Assembly: GCA_964016885.1 (NCBI GenBank)
Contig: OZ024754.1
Span: 11,470,001 to 11,534,000, forward strand
DNA length: 64,000 nucleotides
Direction of reading: 5' to 3'
Source of the DNA: Eledone cirrhosa
Taxonomy: Eukaryota
Numbering within the stretch: position 1 is the stretch's first letter; every line of letters starts with the position of its first letter. The notes beneath the pieces are model-generated. The model did not search any database. It saw nothing but the letters and a program-made list of their open reading frames with translations, and was not told where the DNA came from. Below, one piece after another: positions 1 through 12,249 of this stretch. Both the position numbers and the translations under genes were made by a program.

Positions 1-95
1 CTGTCTTCTCCGCTGTCCTCCTGGTAACTCATACGACTACTACAGCGATTTCCAGCCTTTTCTTCTAATTCATCATATTCTTTAGTGAGTGCAGC
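1..95 (-). CDS. PKD2: Polycystin-2 exon 12, partial (AALTKEYDELEEKAGNRCSSRMSYQEDSGED...)
   Basis: CAG acceptor at 96-98; open frame to the window edge; resembles the PC2 acidic linker. Confidence 0.8.
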
Positions 96-123
96 CTGTC
101 AATGAATCAATGGCTTCATTTAA

Positions 124-312
124 TAATTGTTTCTACTTTAGGCACAAGGCCAGCAATTACCCTGTGCATTACTGGTACTTTATTTTATCGACCCCGTAAG
201 GATGAAAGGCAAAGTCAACCTCAGCGGGATTTGAACTCAGATCGTAAAGGGACGTAACTATGCTGGAAAGCATGGCGTCCGACCCTCTACCGATACTGCC
301 AATCCACCGCCT
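124..312 (-). mobile_element. tRNA-derived Deu/Nin-domain SINE family 1
   Basis: A box TGGCAGTATCGG, B box GAGTTCAAATC, core GCCTTTCATCCTTACGGGGTCGATAAAATAAAGTACCAG. About 25 copies in the window. Confidence 0.85.
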
Positions 313-966
313 GCTTCATTTAATAATGAATAATAATAATGAAATTATTGTGTACAGTGCTCGTGTACAGTGTTCAGGTGCACTACAACTCGTCAAAGGT
401 GCATGTATAGTACATAGAATAATGTATAAATGTCAGGAAAGTGAACAGTGTATGAGTCATGATATACATGTGTGCATGTGTATGGAAGAGGGGGATCTCA
501 GGTATAGTGTTGGCGAATAACAGGAAGTATGGAGGTTTTAAAGGATGCAGTGTCTCAGCGGCTAACAACAGATGCAGGTAGTTTGTTCCATGCTTCAGCA
601 ACGCTGAACGTGAAAAAATGTTTCCGAAAGTCATTACATTAAATATCGATTAAATTGCTCCCAGTATGATACTGGTATTTTATTTTATTGACCTTGTAAG
701 GATAGACAAAGCTAACCTCGGCAGGTTTTGAAATTAGAACATAAAGGACTGTAACTATGTATATACTGCAAAGTATGTTGTCTGTTGCCCTACTGATACT
801 GCCAATCCACTGCCCTTAAAACACCAACTTAATAATGAGGAAGTCATATTTTAAAATCCCTCCAAATTTTTTTTATTATTTTCGAAATTATTTGAAAACC
901 ATAGGCAGTGTTTATTATTAGAAATACGTTGACTAAAGAATTAAATGTGATATTCAGTAGTCTTAC

Positions 967-1084
967 CTTCTGTTCAGATAAATCAGCTTGCATTCTCCTC
1001 TGTTCATTTTCATCAAGAACTCTATCACCATCAAGATCATATTTAGCAAACATTACTTCAATTTCTTCATCAGCATAACCACGC
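967..1084 (-). CDS. PKD2: Polycystin-2 exon 11, EF-hand 2 (RGYADEEIEVMFAKYDLDGDRVLDENE...QK)
   Basis: AAG acceptor, GTAAG donor; 118 nt; matches the PC2 EF-hand F.KYD.DGD..L...E. Confidence 0.94.
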
Positions 1085-1998
1085 CTTTTGAATAGAAATC
1101 AATGTAAATGAGCTGTGATACCGGTCTTTTATTAACTCGTGGCTAAATGAAGGTAACTAGAGAAAATTCTTTGTTTTGTCCACCTTTTTAATACAAAACT
1201 AACCAAAATGAACTCTGGCTCTATGATACAAAACATTCATTTTAAAATGTTTATATTTATCTAAAAAAATTTTCCATCAAAATTTTTATGTAAGAACCTT
1301 TATTAGGTTATGTTCCAATCACAAGCTTATATTATTATTTCTATAGAGAGAAAGAGAAAAAGAAATAGACTGAGGATGTGGAACTCTTTTATTTGTTAGT
1401 CTAAAAAAAGGACAAGAGTCGTTGTCTTTTTAGTCCTCACCCTTATTCTGAGAGATAGGATTAAGTAACTGAATTGAAACTTATTCAGGTTTTAATAATT
1501 TTGATGCAGAGCCCTCATGACACTTTCTTTGAGCAAGGCAGTTCATTTCATGCTGCTTCAGATTATCATCACCACTAATACTGCCACACTATCACCCATC
1601 ATCATCACCAACATCATTATTTTATGTTCATTTTCCATGTTGGCATGGGTTGGTTGGTTGGATTGGTTGTCACAATTTGATCAGAGAACCATATCTTGCT
1701 CATACACTCCATATCTGGCTTGCTTTCTACAGCTGGATGCCCTTCCTAATGCCAAAGTCCTGCCTAACATCAAATGGATGTCATTCCTAATACTGAAAAC
1801 TAATACCAGCAACAGTTGGGAGTTAACCTTGCCACAGACTGGTGTCTTATCGAAAGGGCAGTCTTGTATTCTCAAAGGTTTAATGCCACATGGAAATGCG
1901 GTAAGCTCCCCCCCCCCCCCCCTGCTTGTCTATTCTGTGCTAACATGGAAAAACAGGTGAAAAATTTGATTTGTAAATAATGGCTCAACGGTACTTAC

Positions 1999-2132
1999 GA
2001 TTTCATGTCCTGACGCCATTCATCAAAATCAAGCTGTTTATCATTGTTAATATCAGCAGATTGTAGAGCCTTTTGGATATCAACAATCTTATCTCTTTTG
2101 AAGTTCAATTTGTCAACCATTCTTTGATAACC
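1999..2132 (-). CDS. PKD2: Polycystin-2 exon 10, EF-hand 1 (GYQRMVDKL...ADINNDKQLDFDEWRQDMK)
   Basis: CAG/GTAAGT; 134 nt; frame-consistent; not in the ORF track. Confidence 0.92.
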
Positions 2133-2619
2133 CTGGAAAAAAAGATTCAAGAAAAAATAAAATCCATGTGAAAAGCAAATTATTTCAGTTTAACCGATAC
2201 GAATCAGCTAAAAAATGATGCCACTCCGTCGGTTATATTTTTTTCTTTTATTATCGCAGCACTTTGATGTAACATTTATATATATTATGTAGTAATTATT
2301 TAACTTAACCCTTTAGCATTTACATTATTCTATATTTATTTTTATATTTTCATGGTAAAGGCTTTATTTTACATAATTATCTCACATAATATCGAATCTA
2401 TGAGATTTTGATATTATTTATTTTGAAAACAATACCTTAATATCAGTATGAGTGGCCAGTTACAGCCAGTTTGAATAGAAAGAGGTGAGAAAATTATAAA
2501 TTTGTCAAAAATATCTCTGCTTCTATAAAACAGGGTGGACTGGGTGTTTTTTGTCGTAGTACCAATGCAACTATCTTATAGGGTGGACAGGGTGCTTTTC
2601 ATCATAGTATAAACACTAC

Positions 2620-2915
2620 CACCTCCAGGATAGACTAGGTGCTTTTTGTTGTGGTAGCAGCACTACCACCTTCCCGGGTAGACTGGGTGCTTTTTGTTGT
2701 GGTAGCAGCCTTACCACCTTCCCGGGTAGATTGGGTGCTTTTTGTTGTGGTAGCAGCCTTACCACCTTCCCGGGTAGACTGGGTGCTTTTTGTTGTGGTA
2801 GCAGCCTTACCACCTTCCCGGGTAGACTGGGTGCTTTTTGTTATGGTAGCAGCCTTACCACCTTCCCGGGTAGACTGGGTGCTTTTTGTCATGGCACCAA
2901 CACTACCACCTTCCA
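2620..2915. repeat. 48-bp minisatellite (~6 copies)
   Basis: Unit gggtagactgggtgctttttgttgtggtagcagccttaccaccttccc. Confidence 0.9.
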
Positions 2916-2986
2916 GTATATAAATGGTAAATAAAGGGTGTTTGTCTGTGTATGAGGCTGTTTTAATACAAAACCCTACGACTTAC

Positions 2987-3206
2987 CCTCTTAAAGTAGT
3001 CAGTCATCTCAAATTCACTCTTCTGGTTTGCGATATCACCTTTTACTTCCGAATAGGTGTCATTAATAATAGCCAGGAACATATTGAGAAGGATGAAGAA
3101 TACAAAGAAGACATAGAGGATAAAGAAAAGTGGTCCTAATACTCTGTTGGCAGATTCTAACTGGTGGAAGTCAAAGTCACCCAAAATAATTCGGAACAAA
3201 GTGTAG
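2987..3206 (-). CDS. PKD2: Polycystin-2 exon 9, pore and S6 ([12 protein letters not shown]...[17 protein letters not shown])
   Basis: Filter LGD and S6 [11 protein letters not shown]; CAG/GTAAGT; 220 nt. Confidence 0.98.
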
Positions 3207-3908
3207 CTGGAACACAACAGAAGACAGGGTATGACAACAGAAACAACTTAATTTACTTCTGTCTCAGAAATAAAATACATGACAGCATTAACAACAACAA
3301 CAACAAGAACAAGAGTTTAAGGGCACGGCTGTTTTCCCTGCTAATGTCTTGCGGGCCACATGAAAAAGCTTCTTAATTTTACCAAATCATCTGCTTCCCA
3401 TCACACCAACCCACAACTTTTAATTCCTCTTCAATCATCTTGGTTTTTCCTCTTTTATAAGATAGCCAGATGTGATTTGAGGGAAATGTGGCTGCCATTT
3501 CTAGCTGAACTGCAAGTTAATTACATCCTAATGATGATGATGGTGATTATTTTCATCATCATTGCCATTTTACATGTGTTTTTCGTGTTTGCTATGGTTA
3601 GGCAGATTATCATGTTCTGAAGCAAGACAAGTCAGAAGCCAGTGACATGCTCATACACTCTTTTACTTGGTTCTGAGGTGAGACAGGTCAGATGACAAAA
3701 TTTTGCTTAGTTTCTATGGCTGGATGTCCTTCCAAATATCAATCACATCGTGATGTGTACCAGGTGTGTTTTATCACAGCACTACCACTGCCACAAATAA
3801 TGGCCGGATGCCCTTCCAAATATCAATTACCTCGTGATGTGTACCAGGTGTGTTTTATCACAGCACTACCACAAATAAATAAATAAATAAATAAAAGTGT
3901 AATCTTAC

Positions 3909-4090
3909 AAAGCACTTTCGAAGCTGCTAAATTCTTTTACTTGAGTTCCGAAGATGAGATAACCAAGTTGTGTGAAAGCCAGGAAAATAATAAAGAACAT
4001 CACAGCAAATCCAGCCAGATCTTTGGCACATTTACCAAGAGTTGAGGACAGTTGTGTCATGGTTTTGTTAAAGCTAATGTATTTGAAGAT
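3909..4090 (-). CDS. PKD2: Polycystin-2 exon 8 ([18 protein letters not shown]...S5...GTQV)
   Basis: Highly conserved S4-S5 linker and S5; CAG/GTAAG; 182 nt. Confidence 0.97.
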
Positions 4091-4289
4091 CTGAAATATA
4101 GTTGAAAGAGAGCATTTCATCATCATCATCAACATCATTGTTATTTAGTGTCTGTTATCCCTATTAGCAAGGATTTTTTTTTATTAATTAAAAACATGTA
4201 TGTATGTATATATATGTATGTATGTATATATATATATTAATAAAATACAATTGCCAGAAAAAGTAATAAAACACTGTTTATCACTTGGG

Positions 4290-4672
4290 CCACTAGATAT
4301 ATATAGTAACTCTTATATATATACTGGATATATAGTAACCTTTATATATACTAGATATATAGTAACTCTTATATATATACTGGATATATAGTAACCTTTA
4401 TATATACTAGATATATAGTAACTCTTATATATATACTGGATATATAGTAACCTTTATATATACTAGATATATAGTAACTCTTATATATATACTGGATATA
4501 TAGTAACCTTTATATATACTAGATATATAGTAACTCTTATATATATACTGGATATATAGTAACCTTTGTATATACTAGATATATAGTAACCATTATATAT
4601 ACTAGATATATAGTAACATTTATATATACTAGATATATAGTAACTCTTATATATATATACTGGATATATAGT
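4290..4672. repeat. 56-bp dimeric AT-rich minisatellite adjacent to the exon 7 donor
   Basis: Alternating actagatatatagtaactctt / actggatatatagtaaccttt subunits. Confidence 0.9.
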
Positions 4673-4682
4673 ATCTTCTTAC

Positions 4683-4919
4683 CTTGATCCATGCCATAAA
4701 AACTGTGACAGCAATTGCATTATTGAAATGTGTTTGACAAACTGCAAGAAATTGGAAGTCTGAATATGTTTCACTAGAAGTCAATAATTGGTTAAGTTTA
4801 TCACCCACAGCGCTGGTTCTGTAGACATTGAATGCAATACATAATACAGATATGAAAATCACCAACATATCCAGAATGTTCCAGAAGCATTTGAAATATT
4901 TTAGTTTGTGTTTCTTGAT
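4683..4919 (-). CDS. PKD2: Polycystin-2 exon 7 (IKKHKLKYFKCFWNILD...S3-S4...FMAWIK)
   Basis: Conserved YFxxFWNxLD and AVTVFxAWIK; TAG/GTAAG; 237 nt. Confidence 0.96.
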
Positions 4920-5679
4920 CTACAAAATCAAAGGTAGAAAAAAAAAGAAAAAAGAAAAGAATACAGCAATGATGAAAATGGTTAATATAGATAAATATAA
5001 ACACTTGCTTTTGTGGGTTTCTGTGATAAACACATTAACCCTTTAACAATAACATTACTCTATATATACTATTATATTTTCACAGTAAAGGCTTTACCTT
5101 ACATAATTATCTCATATAATATTGAATCTATGAGATTTTGATATTATTTATTTTGAGAACAATACCTTAACATCAGTATAAGTGGCCAGTTACGGCCAGT
5201 TTGAAAGGAAAGAGGTGAGACAATTCTGGCCAGATATGGCCTGTTTAAATGTTGAATTAAATATACATATACTGTAAAGAGGGTCAGTATAATATGTATC
5301 TTTTATACTTCAATGTTTGGCAGACATTACCAACTTACAATAACAGTGAAACTTTGAAATAAACACCAAAAATATTATAAAATATATACAAGATGTCTAA
5401 ATATGCTAGAGGTGTGTACATGACGGTATATATAAATATATATGCAATATGTTTATATATAATAAATATGCATGGATCTCACTATGAATGTTTTAAGCTG
5501 TAATCTTGTCACAAATGTCTCAACAGCTGTGTGAGATAGCCATTTTTATTTTATACTAGCAGAATGGCCCGGTGTTGCTCGGGATTTGCTCTAGGGTTCT
5601 TATATATTTGATATATATTTATCCTTATCCTGTTTATATTTTGTTATTGTGAATGCAAAAATATCTGTACATGAACATA

Positions 5680-5747
<68 letters not shown>

Positions 5748-5804
5748 TAACAGATTAAAGTTTAAGCAAAGAATTGCTGCTTTAGACATTTTTATTTTAT
5801 ATAA

Positions 5805-5852
5805 CAGGCTGAATGAGTTGGGGTGTATAACCCAACGAAACTTAAATACCCG
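5805..5852 (+). ncRNA. Degenerate hammerhead motif
   Basis: cagg CTGAATGA gttggg-gtgtataa-cccaac GAAA cttaaa TA cccg. Confidence 0.45.
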
Positions 5853-5974
5853 TATATGTCACTGTTGTAACTAATTATATATATTTATATGTGTGTCTGT
5901 GTTTACAAAAAGTAAACAGAAACACCAAAGCAAATTACACAGTACAATGAAGAAATATATTAGTTCAACGCTTG

Positions 5975-6340
5975 ATATCATCATCGTCCGGTGGCCTCAG
6001 CCGAAATCGACTCAACAATTGATCTCCACGTGGGTCTGTCATCCATTGCCGTTGCCAAGTCCTGGATTTCAATACCAGAATCTCTGGAGATGACATCGGG
6101 ATAGGAGAGCTTGCACCCCCTGTTATTAGTGACTGCTTGTGGTTCCCAAAGCACTAATAGGGACACAGCCTCATAGGAGGCACGATGGTAGTGGCCAGCA
6201 AATCTTACTCTCCTTTTACGTACGACAGATATGCATGGGAGGCTGACACATATATCTCTCTCAAAGTCAGATGTCGCCAGCTTATGTTCTGAATGCACTG
6301 AAGCAGGCGAGTGTTGGTGTCAAGGTGCTTTTGTTGCTTG
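5975..6340 (-). mobile_element. LINE 3' fragment
   Basis: RRVRFAGHYHR..LVLWEP..AMDDRPTWR. Confidence 0.75.
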
Positions 6341-6362
6341 GATGATATATTAGGAAAAGAGT

Positions 6363-6397
6363 CTGAACGTTTCAGTCACTAGTCCTTCATCAGAAAA
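6363..6397 (-). ncRNA. Degenerate family A hammerhead; host element split by a SINE
   Basis: Reverse complement: CTGATGA aggactagtgact GAAA cg TT caga. The element tail resumes at about 6757. Confidence 0.45.
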
Positions 6398-6839
6398 TAG
6401 AATCATCATTCATCATCATTTCATTTTACGTCCGCTTTTCCCTGCTTGCAAGGGTGGGACGGGAACTGATTCTGGCTTGATTTCTACAGCTGGATGCCCT
6501 TCCTAACACCAACCTCATTTACAGTGAGTGCTGGGTGCTTTTTTGCCATGGCACCTCCACGACCACTTTGCAGTGGAATGATATGGACCCCAGTCCCTAT
6601 CATCTCATTTCTACAGCTGAGTAAACTGGAGCAATGTGAAATAAAGTGTCTTGCTCAAGGAAACAACACATCACCCGGCCTGAGAATTGAACTCACAACC
6701 TTTCGATTGCAAGGCCAATGCTCTAACCACTAAGCCATGTGCCTCCATTATATAATTAGAATGAGAAATAAAAGATGAGCTAGAAAGATAGAGTGAGAAG
6801 AGGAAGGAAGGAAGGAAGGAAATATTTAAATATATATAC

Positions 6840-7002
6840 CTCAATTGTTTCTTCAATGATGTAATAGAGTATAAAGAGTACGAAAATTGCCTCACAGGCC
6901 ATCACAAAATAATCTAAGCTGTTCACATATCGAATAAGTTTGACACTAGCAATTCTCCAGGTTGTGAGGGCGCCACCAGTTGCTGGGAACTCAACAACCA
7001 GC
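6840..7002 (-). CDS. PKD2: Polycystin-2 exon 6 (LVVEFPATGG...S2...EETIE)
   Basis: Conserved EFPATGG; CAG acceptor, GTATAT donor; 163 nt. Confidence 0.95.
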
Positions 7003-7113
7003 CTGGAAATTAAAATTAAAAAACCAAAAAAAAACCATTGCATTAAACCTTTTGCCACCACTTTTCTAATAATTTACACTGTATTTTAATTAATTAACCC
7101 TTAATGTACTGAA

Positions 7114-7313
7114 CGAGGGACGGTTGAAAAGTTCATGGACTGACTAAGAAGGAGTGATGTTTGAGCTGTGAAATCTTGCATGCATTAATTTTAACTCCTC
7201 TTATTAATAACTGTATTTTTTTTCTTTCCAGGGACTATGTTGAAAAATAGACCTCATTTGGTCATTCCATGAGAGTATCTTGATCAGCCTATGAACTTTT
7301 CAGCTGACCCTTG
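7114..7313. mobile_element. Mariner-type MITE (related copy at about 35393-35580)
   Basis: TIR cgaggg..tgaaaagttcat / atgaacttttcag..cccttg. Confidence 0.7.
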
Positions 7314-7357
7314 TAACATACAAAACTCTATTAGCAAGACATTATTAAAAAGTAGAA

Positions 7358-7773
7358 AGGCGGTGGATGGGCAGTATCGGTAGAGGGTCGGACGCCATGC
7401 GTTGAAGCATAGAGTTACCTCCCTTTATGATCTGAGTTCAAATCTCGCCGAGGTTGACTTTGCCTTTCATCCTTACGGAGTCGATAAAATAAAGTACCAG
7501 TAATACACTGGGTGATTGCTGGCCTTGTGCCAAAAGTAGAAACAATTATTAAAAAGTAGAAAAAAGCATTACGATAACATCCCATTATAATTGGCAATAT
7601 TGGTAGAAGGTCGGACGCCATGCTTCGCAGCATAGAGTTGCAGTCTTTTGCAGTCTGAGTTCAAACCATGCCAGGGTAACTTTTATCTTTCATCCTTACG
7701 AGGTTGATAGAATAAAGTACCAGTAACGTACTAAGATAATTGCTGGCCTTGTGCCAAAAGTAGAAACAATTAT
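7358..7773 (+). mobile_element. Two tandem family 1 SINEs
   Basis: Same A/B boxes and core. Confidence 0.8.
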
Positions 7774-7847
7774 TTTGACAATGATGTTGACCATGATGAA
7801 GATAATGATGATGATGATGATGATACAAACGTACTGTTGAAACTTAC

Positions 7848-8072
7848 CTCATGACACAGAAAAGATTTATGTTGGCATTGTAAACTGTAAAGTCAATGAA
7901 GAGGACTCTGGTTCCACGGTCAATCCACAGATTATCAAAAAGAGCATTTACTATTTTCATTGAGTCATTCTTGGTCTTGGTTAAATCTTGTATGAAACCA
8001 CCAGTACTGTACGTCTCCAACTGTCCCCAGTGTGTTGTCCCTTCCAGTTCGTCTTTGGTGCGGAAGATGAAT
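7848..8072 (-). CDS. PKD2: Polycystin-2 exon 5 (HWGQLETYSTGG...WIDRGTRVLFIDFTVYNANINLFC)
   Basis: Polycystin motif WIDRGTR..FTVYNANINLFC; TAG/GTAAG; 225 nt. Confidence 0.97.
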
Positions 8073-8104
8073 CTAGCAAAAGAAATATTATGAGACAATG
8101 TATG

Positions 8105-8930
8105 TCTAAGTTTAAAGTCTGTCTTAAGTTTAAAGTCTGTCTTAAGTTTAAAGTCTGTCTTAAGTTTAAAGTCTGTCTTAAGTTTAAAGTCTGTCTTAAG
8201 TTTAAAGTCTGTCTTAAGTTTAAAGTCTGTCTTATGTTTAAAGTCTGTCTTATGTTTAAAGTCTGTCTTATGTTTAAAGTCTGTCTTATGTTTAAAGTCT
8301 GTCTTATGTTTAAAGTCTGTCTTAAGTTTAAAGTCTGTCTTAAGTTTAAAGTCTGTCTTAAGTTTAAAGTCTGTCTTAAGTTTAAAGTCTGTCTTAAGTT
8401 TAAAGTCTGTCTTAAGTTTAAAGTCTGTCTTATGTTTAAAGTCTGTCTTATGTTTAAAGTCTGTCTTATGTTTAAAGTCTGTCTTAAGTTTAAAGTCTGT
8501 CTTAAGTTTAAAGTCTGTCTTAAGTTTAAAGTCTGTCTTAAGTTTAAAGTCTGTCTTATGTTTAAAGCCTGTCTTATGTTTAAAGTCTGTCTTATGTTTA
8601 AAGTCTGTCTTAAGTTTAAAGTCTGTCTTAAGTTTAAAGTCTGTCTTATGTTTAAAGTCTGTCTTATGTTTAAAGTCTGTCTTATGTTTAAAGCCTGTCT
8701 TATGTTTAAAGTCTGTCTTATGTTTAAAGTCTGTCTTAAGTTTAAAGTCTGTCTTAAGTTTAAAGTCTGTCTTATGTTTAAAGTCTGTCTTATGTTTAAA
8801 GTCTGTCTTATGTTTAAAGTCTGTCTTATGTTTAAAGTCTGTCTTATGTTTAAAGCCTGTCTTATGTTTAAAGTCTGTCTTATGTTTAAAGTCTGTCTTA
8901 TGTTTAAAGTCTGTCTTAAGTTTAAAGCCT
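8105..8930. repeat. 18-bp minisatellite (~45 copies)
   Basis: Unit gtttaaagtctgtctta[a/t]. Confidence 0.97.
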
Positions 8931-9869
8931 GGAGGCTCATCAGACCAGTGCTTATCCTGGTTTCTGTGGCATTAAACAACTAAGCATAGAAGATTCCCCT
9001 CTGGACAGGACGCCAATCTATTGCAGGGTTAAACCTCCAGCTATTACTGGAGCAACGTGAAATGAATTGTTTTGCTCAAGAACACAACACACAACCCAGT
9101 CCGGGAATTGAACCCATGACATTATAAGCTTAAGTCCAACACACTTACCACTAGGTCATGTACCTCCACAGACAATGTATGTAGAGGTACATGACCTAAA
9201 TCTTGATGATGGAGTGATCCAGTTTGATAAACGGAACTGCTGGTAGGGAGCTGAGCATTGCATGACTCTTGGGGGTGATTCAGTGTGTGACAAGACTGGC
9301 TCTTTGAATTATTAGTACAGTTCATCTTGTATTATAGTTCAAAAGCAAAGTTAACCTTCAAATCCTGCTACGGTTAACTTTGATTTCATCCTTACAGGGT
9401 CAATAAAATAAAGCACCAGTAATGCACTGGGGTAATTGCTGGCCTTGTGCCAAAAGTAGAAACAATTATAGTTCAAAGGGATGAACATTCCAGACAGTCA
9501 TACCTTTAATATAATTCTCAGAATGAATCAGCTTGACACAGTATGTGAGGGGAATAGCTCTTTTAATTATTGTCTATCTGACAAGCTTCCACCCTACAAA
9601 ATTTCAATTCACCATGGTCGCAATGATGATGAGTGAACAATTACCAAGAAGTACACCTTCACCCTTTTGTTACCATACTTCCAATGAAAAACATGTGTTT
9701 CAATTATTTTTGAAAATAATCCAGAACTTGGAAGGATTTGGTAATGGAACTTTCCCATTATTAGACAGATGTTTGGAATATAACTTAAAAAGTGAAATTA
9801 TTTTGGAAGGTTTTTAGGTAAATATAAACATTTTTAAAATAAACAACTTAATCTCATAGAATGAGGGGT

Positions 9870-10225
9870 CTTTGGAGTAATGTTACTTGATAGAGTGTGT
9901 AGCTCGTAGATAAGAGAGTCACTCCAGGTAGAGCCGCTACTTCTCCAAATTGGGAGATCACAGCTCAAATACTTTGGGCATGTGGTTAGAATGTCTCAGG
10001 AAATAATTTTACAGGCAAAACCAACAGATTTTACGAGCAAAACCAATCGGCAGGAGACCCAGGGGTAGACCCTAAGCAAGATGGTTGGATAACATCCATG
10101 AGCTCGGCTGGTCTCACTTGGGGATCCATCTGGATCAGTTGGAGACAGTTGCTTTTGACAGGACCTGCTGCAAGGAGTGTTTGAGGACTCTTCCCCCATG
10201 ACCGCCTCAGGAATAAGTGGGCAAA
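9870..10225 (+). mobile_element. RTE-like LINE 3' fragment (related piece at 36955-37128)
   Basis: YFGHVVRM..RRPRGRP..RWLDNI. Confidence 0.65.
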
Positions 10226-10655
10226 GAAAAAGTATGTCATAAGAGGTGACTAAAACGGTTGGTGCCAGCAAGGGAGCCTAGCTGTAAAACATTGCCTCAA
10301 AAAGGACCCTGTGTTAAGCATGAACCCTACCATGGGACCTGCAAGACAGTTGTGTTGTATGTACTTTTTAAAATGTTTTGAATCATAGAACCAGGGGAAG
10401 TTTTAGGCAGGTATAAAAAGGTTTCAAGTCTATTTTATAATAAATTCAAGCGAAAGACATCATCGTTATAGTTTTTACAGCGACTTTTCCATGCTGGCAT
10501 GGGTTAAGTGAGACTTTCTGAGGCAATGTTGATGTCAGGAAGGATACCCTTCCTGGCACCAACCCTTTTAGTTGCTTCTTATGACACTCTGAAATATGGT
10601 GTACCTATTCTAAACAGGGTACATACAGTAAGTCAAAAGTCAAAACTAAACTTAC

Positions 10656-10915
10656 GCATCAGCAATCTCCGTAGGAGGTTTTTTACCAAATTCTTCGTGG
10701 TCTTCATTGTTCTCTGAATAAGCATCATAGCAAGTTTTGATGGTGCTCTTGAAGTCTGAGTGGACAATACAGGAATCATTGCGTACTCTTAATTGTCGTA
10801 GTCGGGGTAAGCCAAGTAGTTTGTTCTCGTAATAGATGAATCTTTCACCAACAATTGGTTCTTCATTGTACCATTTCTCCCAGTAAAGCGAATCCATCAA
10901 TGGGCCTTTTGTAAA
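10656..10915 (-). CDS. PKD2: Polycystin-2 exon 4, TOP domain ([12 protein letters not shown]...[22 protein letters not shown])
   Basis: Hallmark [15 protein letters not shown] motif; TAG/GTAAG boundaries; 260 nt. Confidence 0.96.
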
Positions 10916-10964
10916 CTAGAAAAATATAGAAATATATACCATCATCCTCATCATACATGTGTGT

Positions 10965-10996
<32 letters not shown>

Positions 10997-11252
10997 CTGT
11001 CTGTGCTTGTATGTATGTATATATGTCTCACAGCTCATCTAACCCATGCTTGCATGGAAAAATGGACATAAAAAGGTGATGATGATGATATATAACAAAA
11101 ACTATCATCATCATCATCATCATTTAACGTCCATCTTCCACACTAGCATGGGTTAGACGGGTTTGTCCCATTTGAGGTAAGTTTGGCTGGGTGACCGTGT
11201 CTCGCTCGTATGGGACTGTTTCATAAAAATAAAAGAGTGAAACAGACAACTA

Positions 11253-11638
11253 AATAATTGCTTCTACTTTTGGCACAAGGCCAGCAATTATCCCAGTGCA
11301 TTACTGGTACTTTATTTTATCGACCACGTAAGGATGAAAGGCAAAGTTAACCTCGGCAGGATTTGAACTCAGATCATAAAGGGCCGTAACTCTAAGCTGC
11401 AAAGCATGGCGTCCGACCCTCTACCGATACTGCCAATCCATTAAATAATTATTTCTACTTTAGGCACAAGGCCAGCAATTACCCAGTACATTACTGGTAC
11501 TTTCTATTTTTATCGACCCCATAAGGATGAAAGGCAAAGTTAACCTTGGCGGGATTTGAACTCAGACTGTAAAGGGACGTAACTATGCTAGAAAGCATGG
11601 AATCCGACCCTCTACCGATACTGCCAATTAACCGCCCT
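11253..11638 (-). mobile_element. Two tandem family 1 SINEs
   Basis: Same A/B boxes and core. Confidence 0.8.
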
Positions 11639-11708
11639 TCCATTAAATAATTCACCGCCAATCCATTAAATAATACAGACAAGAAATATGTGAGAAAAGC
11701 CCTCTTAC

Positions 11709-11836
11709 TTTCCAGACATCACTGACTGTGGTTACGGTTCTGAAGTTGCCACCACCAGAATATGTGGAATCAATGAATAAATCAGTCATAGCTTTGGTAT
11801 AGTAATACATAGATGTGCTTGTCATTCCAAATGTAA
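11709..11836 (-). CDS. PKD2: Polycystin-2 exon 3 (TFGMTSTSMYYYTKAMTDLFID...VSDVWK)
   Basis: TTCCAG acceptor, GTAAG donor; 128 nt; frame-consistent; not in the ORF track. Confidence 0.93.
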
Positions 11837-12249
11837 CTGGAAAATATAATGAAATAGATAGACTCAGTTAGTACTTTAATTTAACTCTTAACGTCCTGTT
11901 CCACATGAAACTGCATTATGTCTGCATCACATTGAAAATGTCTTCTGCTTTAATGCTGAAAATTTCCATTATGATCTATGTAGTAGTAAAGATGCTATAA
12001 ACGTTTGAATTAACAAACTGGTTTTTAGATATTTTCTGCCAATCATTATAGCTGCTGACCACTTTTTTCTGACAACAGAGGTAATTTACCTGGTTTTCTA
12101 AGCTATTATTTATGGCAATCGACTATAGCTACATATATTTTCTGCATTTGGGATTTCTACATCTGATATATATATATATCATCATCATCATCATTTTACG
12201 TCTGCTTTTCCCTGTTTATATATATGTATATATATATATATATATATTT

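Noticed and set aside
7981-8983. 330-aa ORFs on both strands
   Set aside because: Translations of a stop-free 18-bp minisatellite inside a PKD2 intron.
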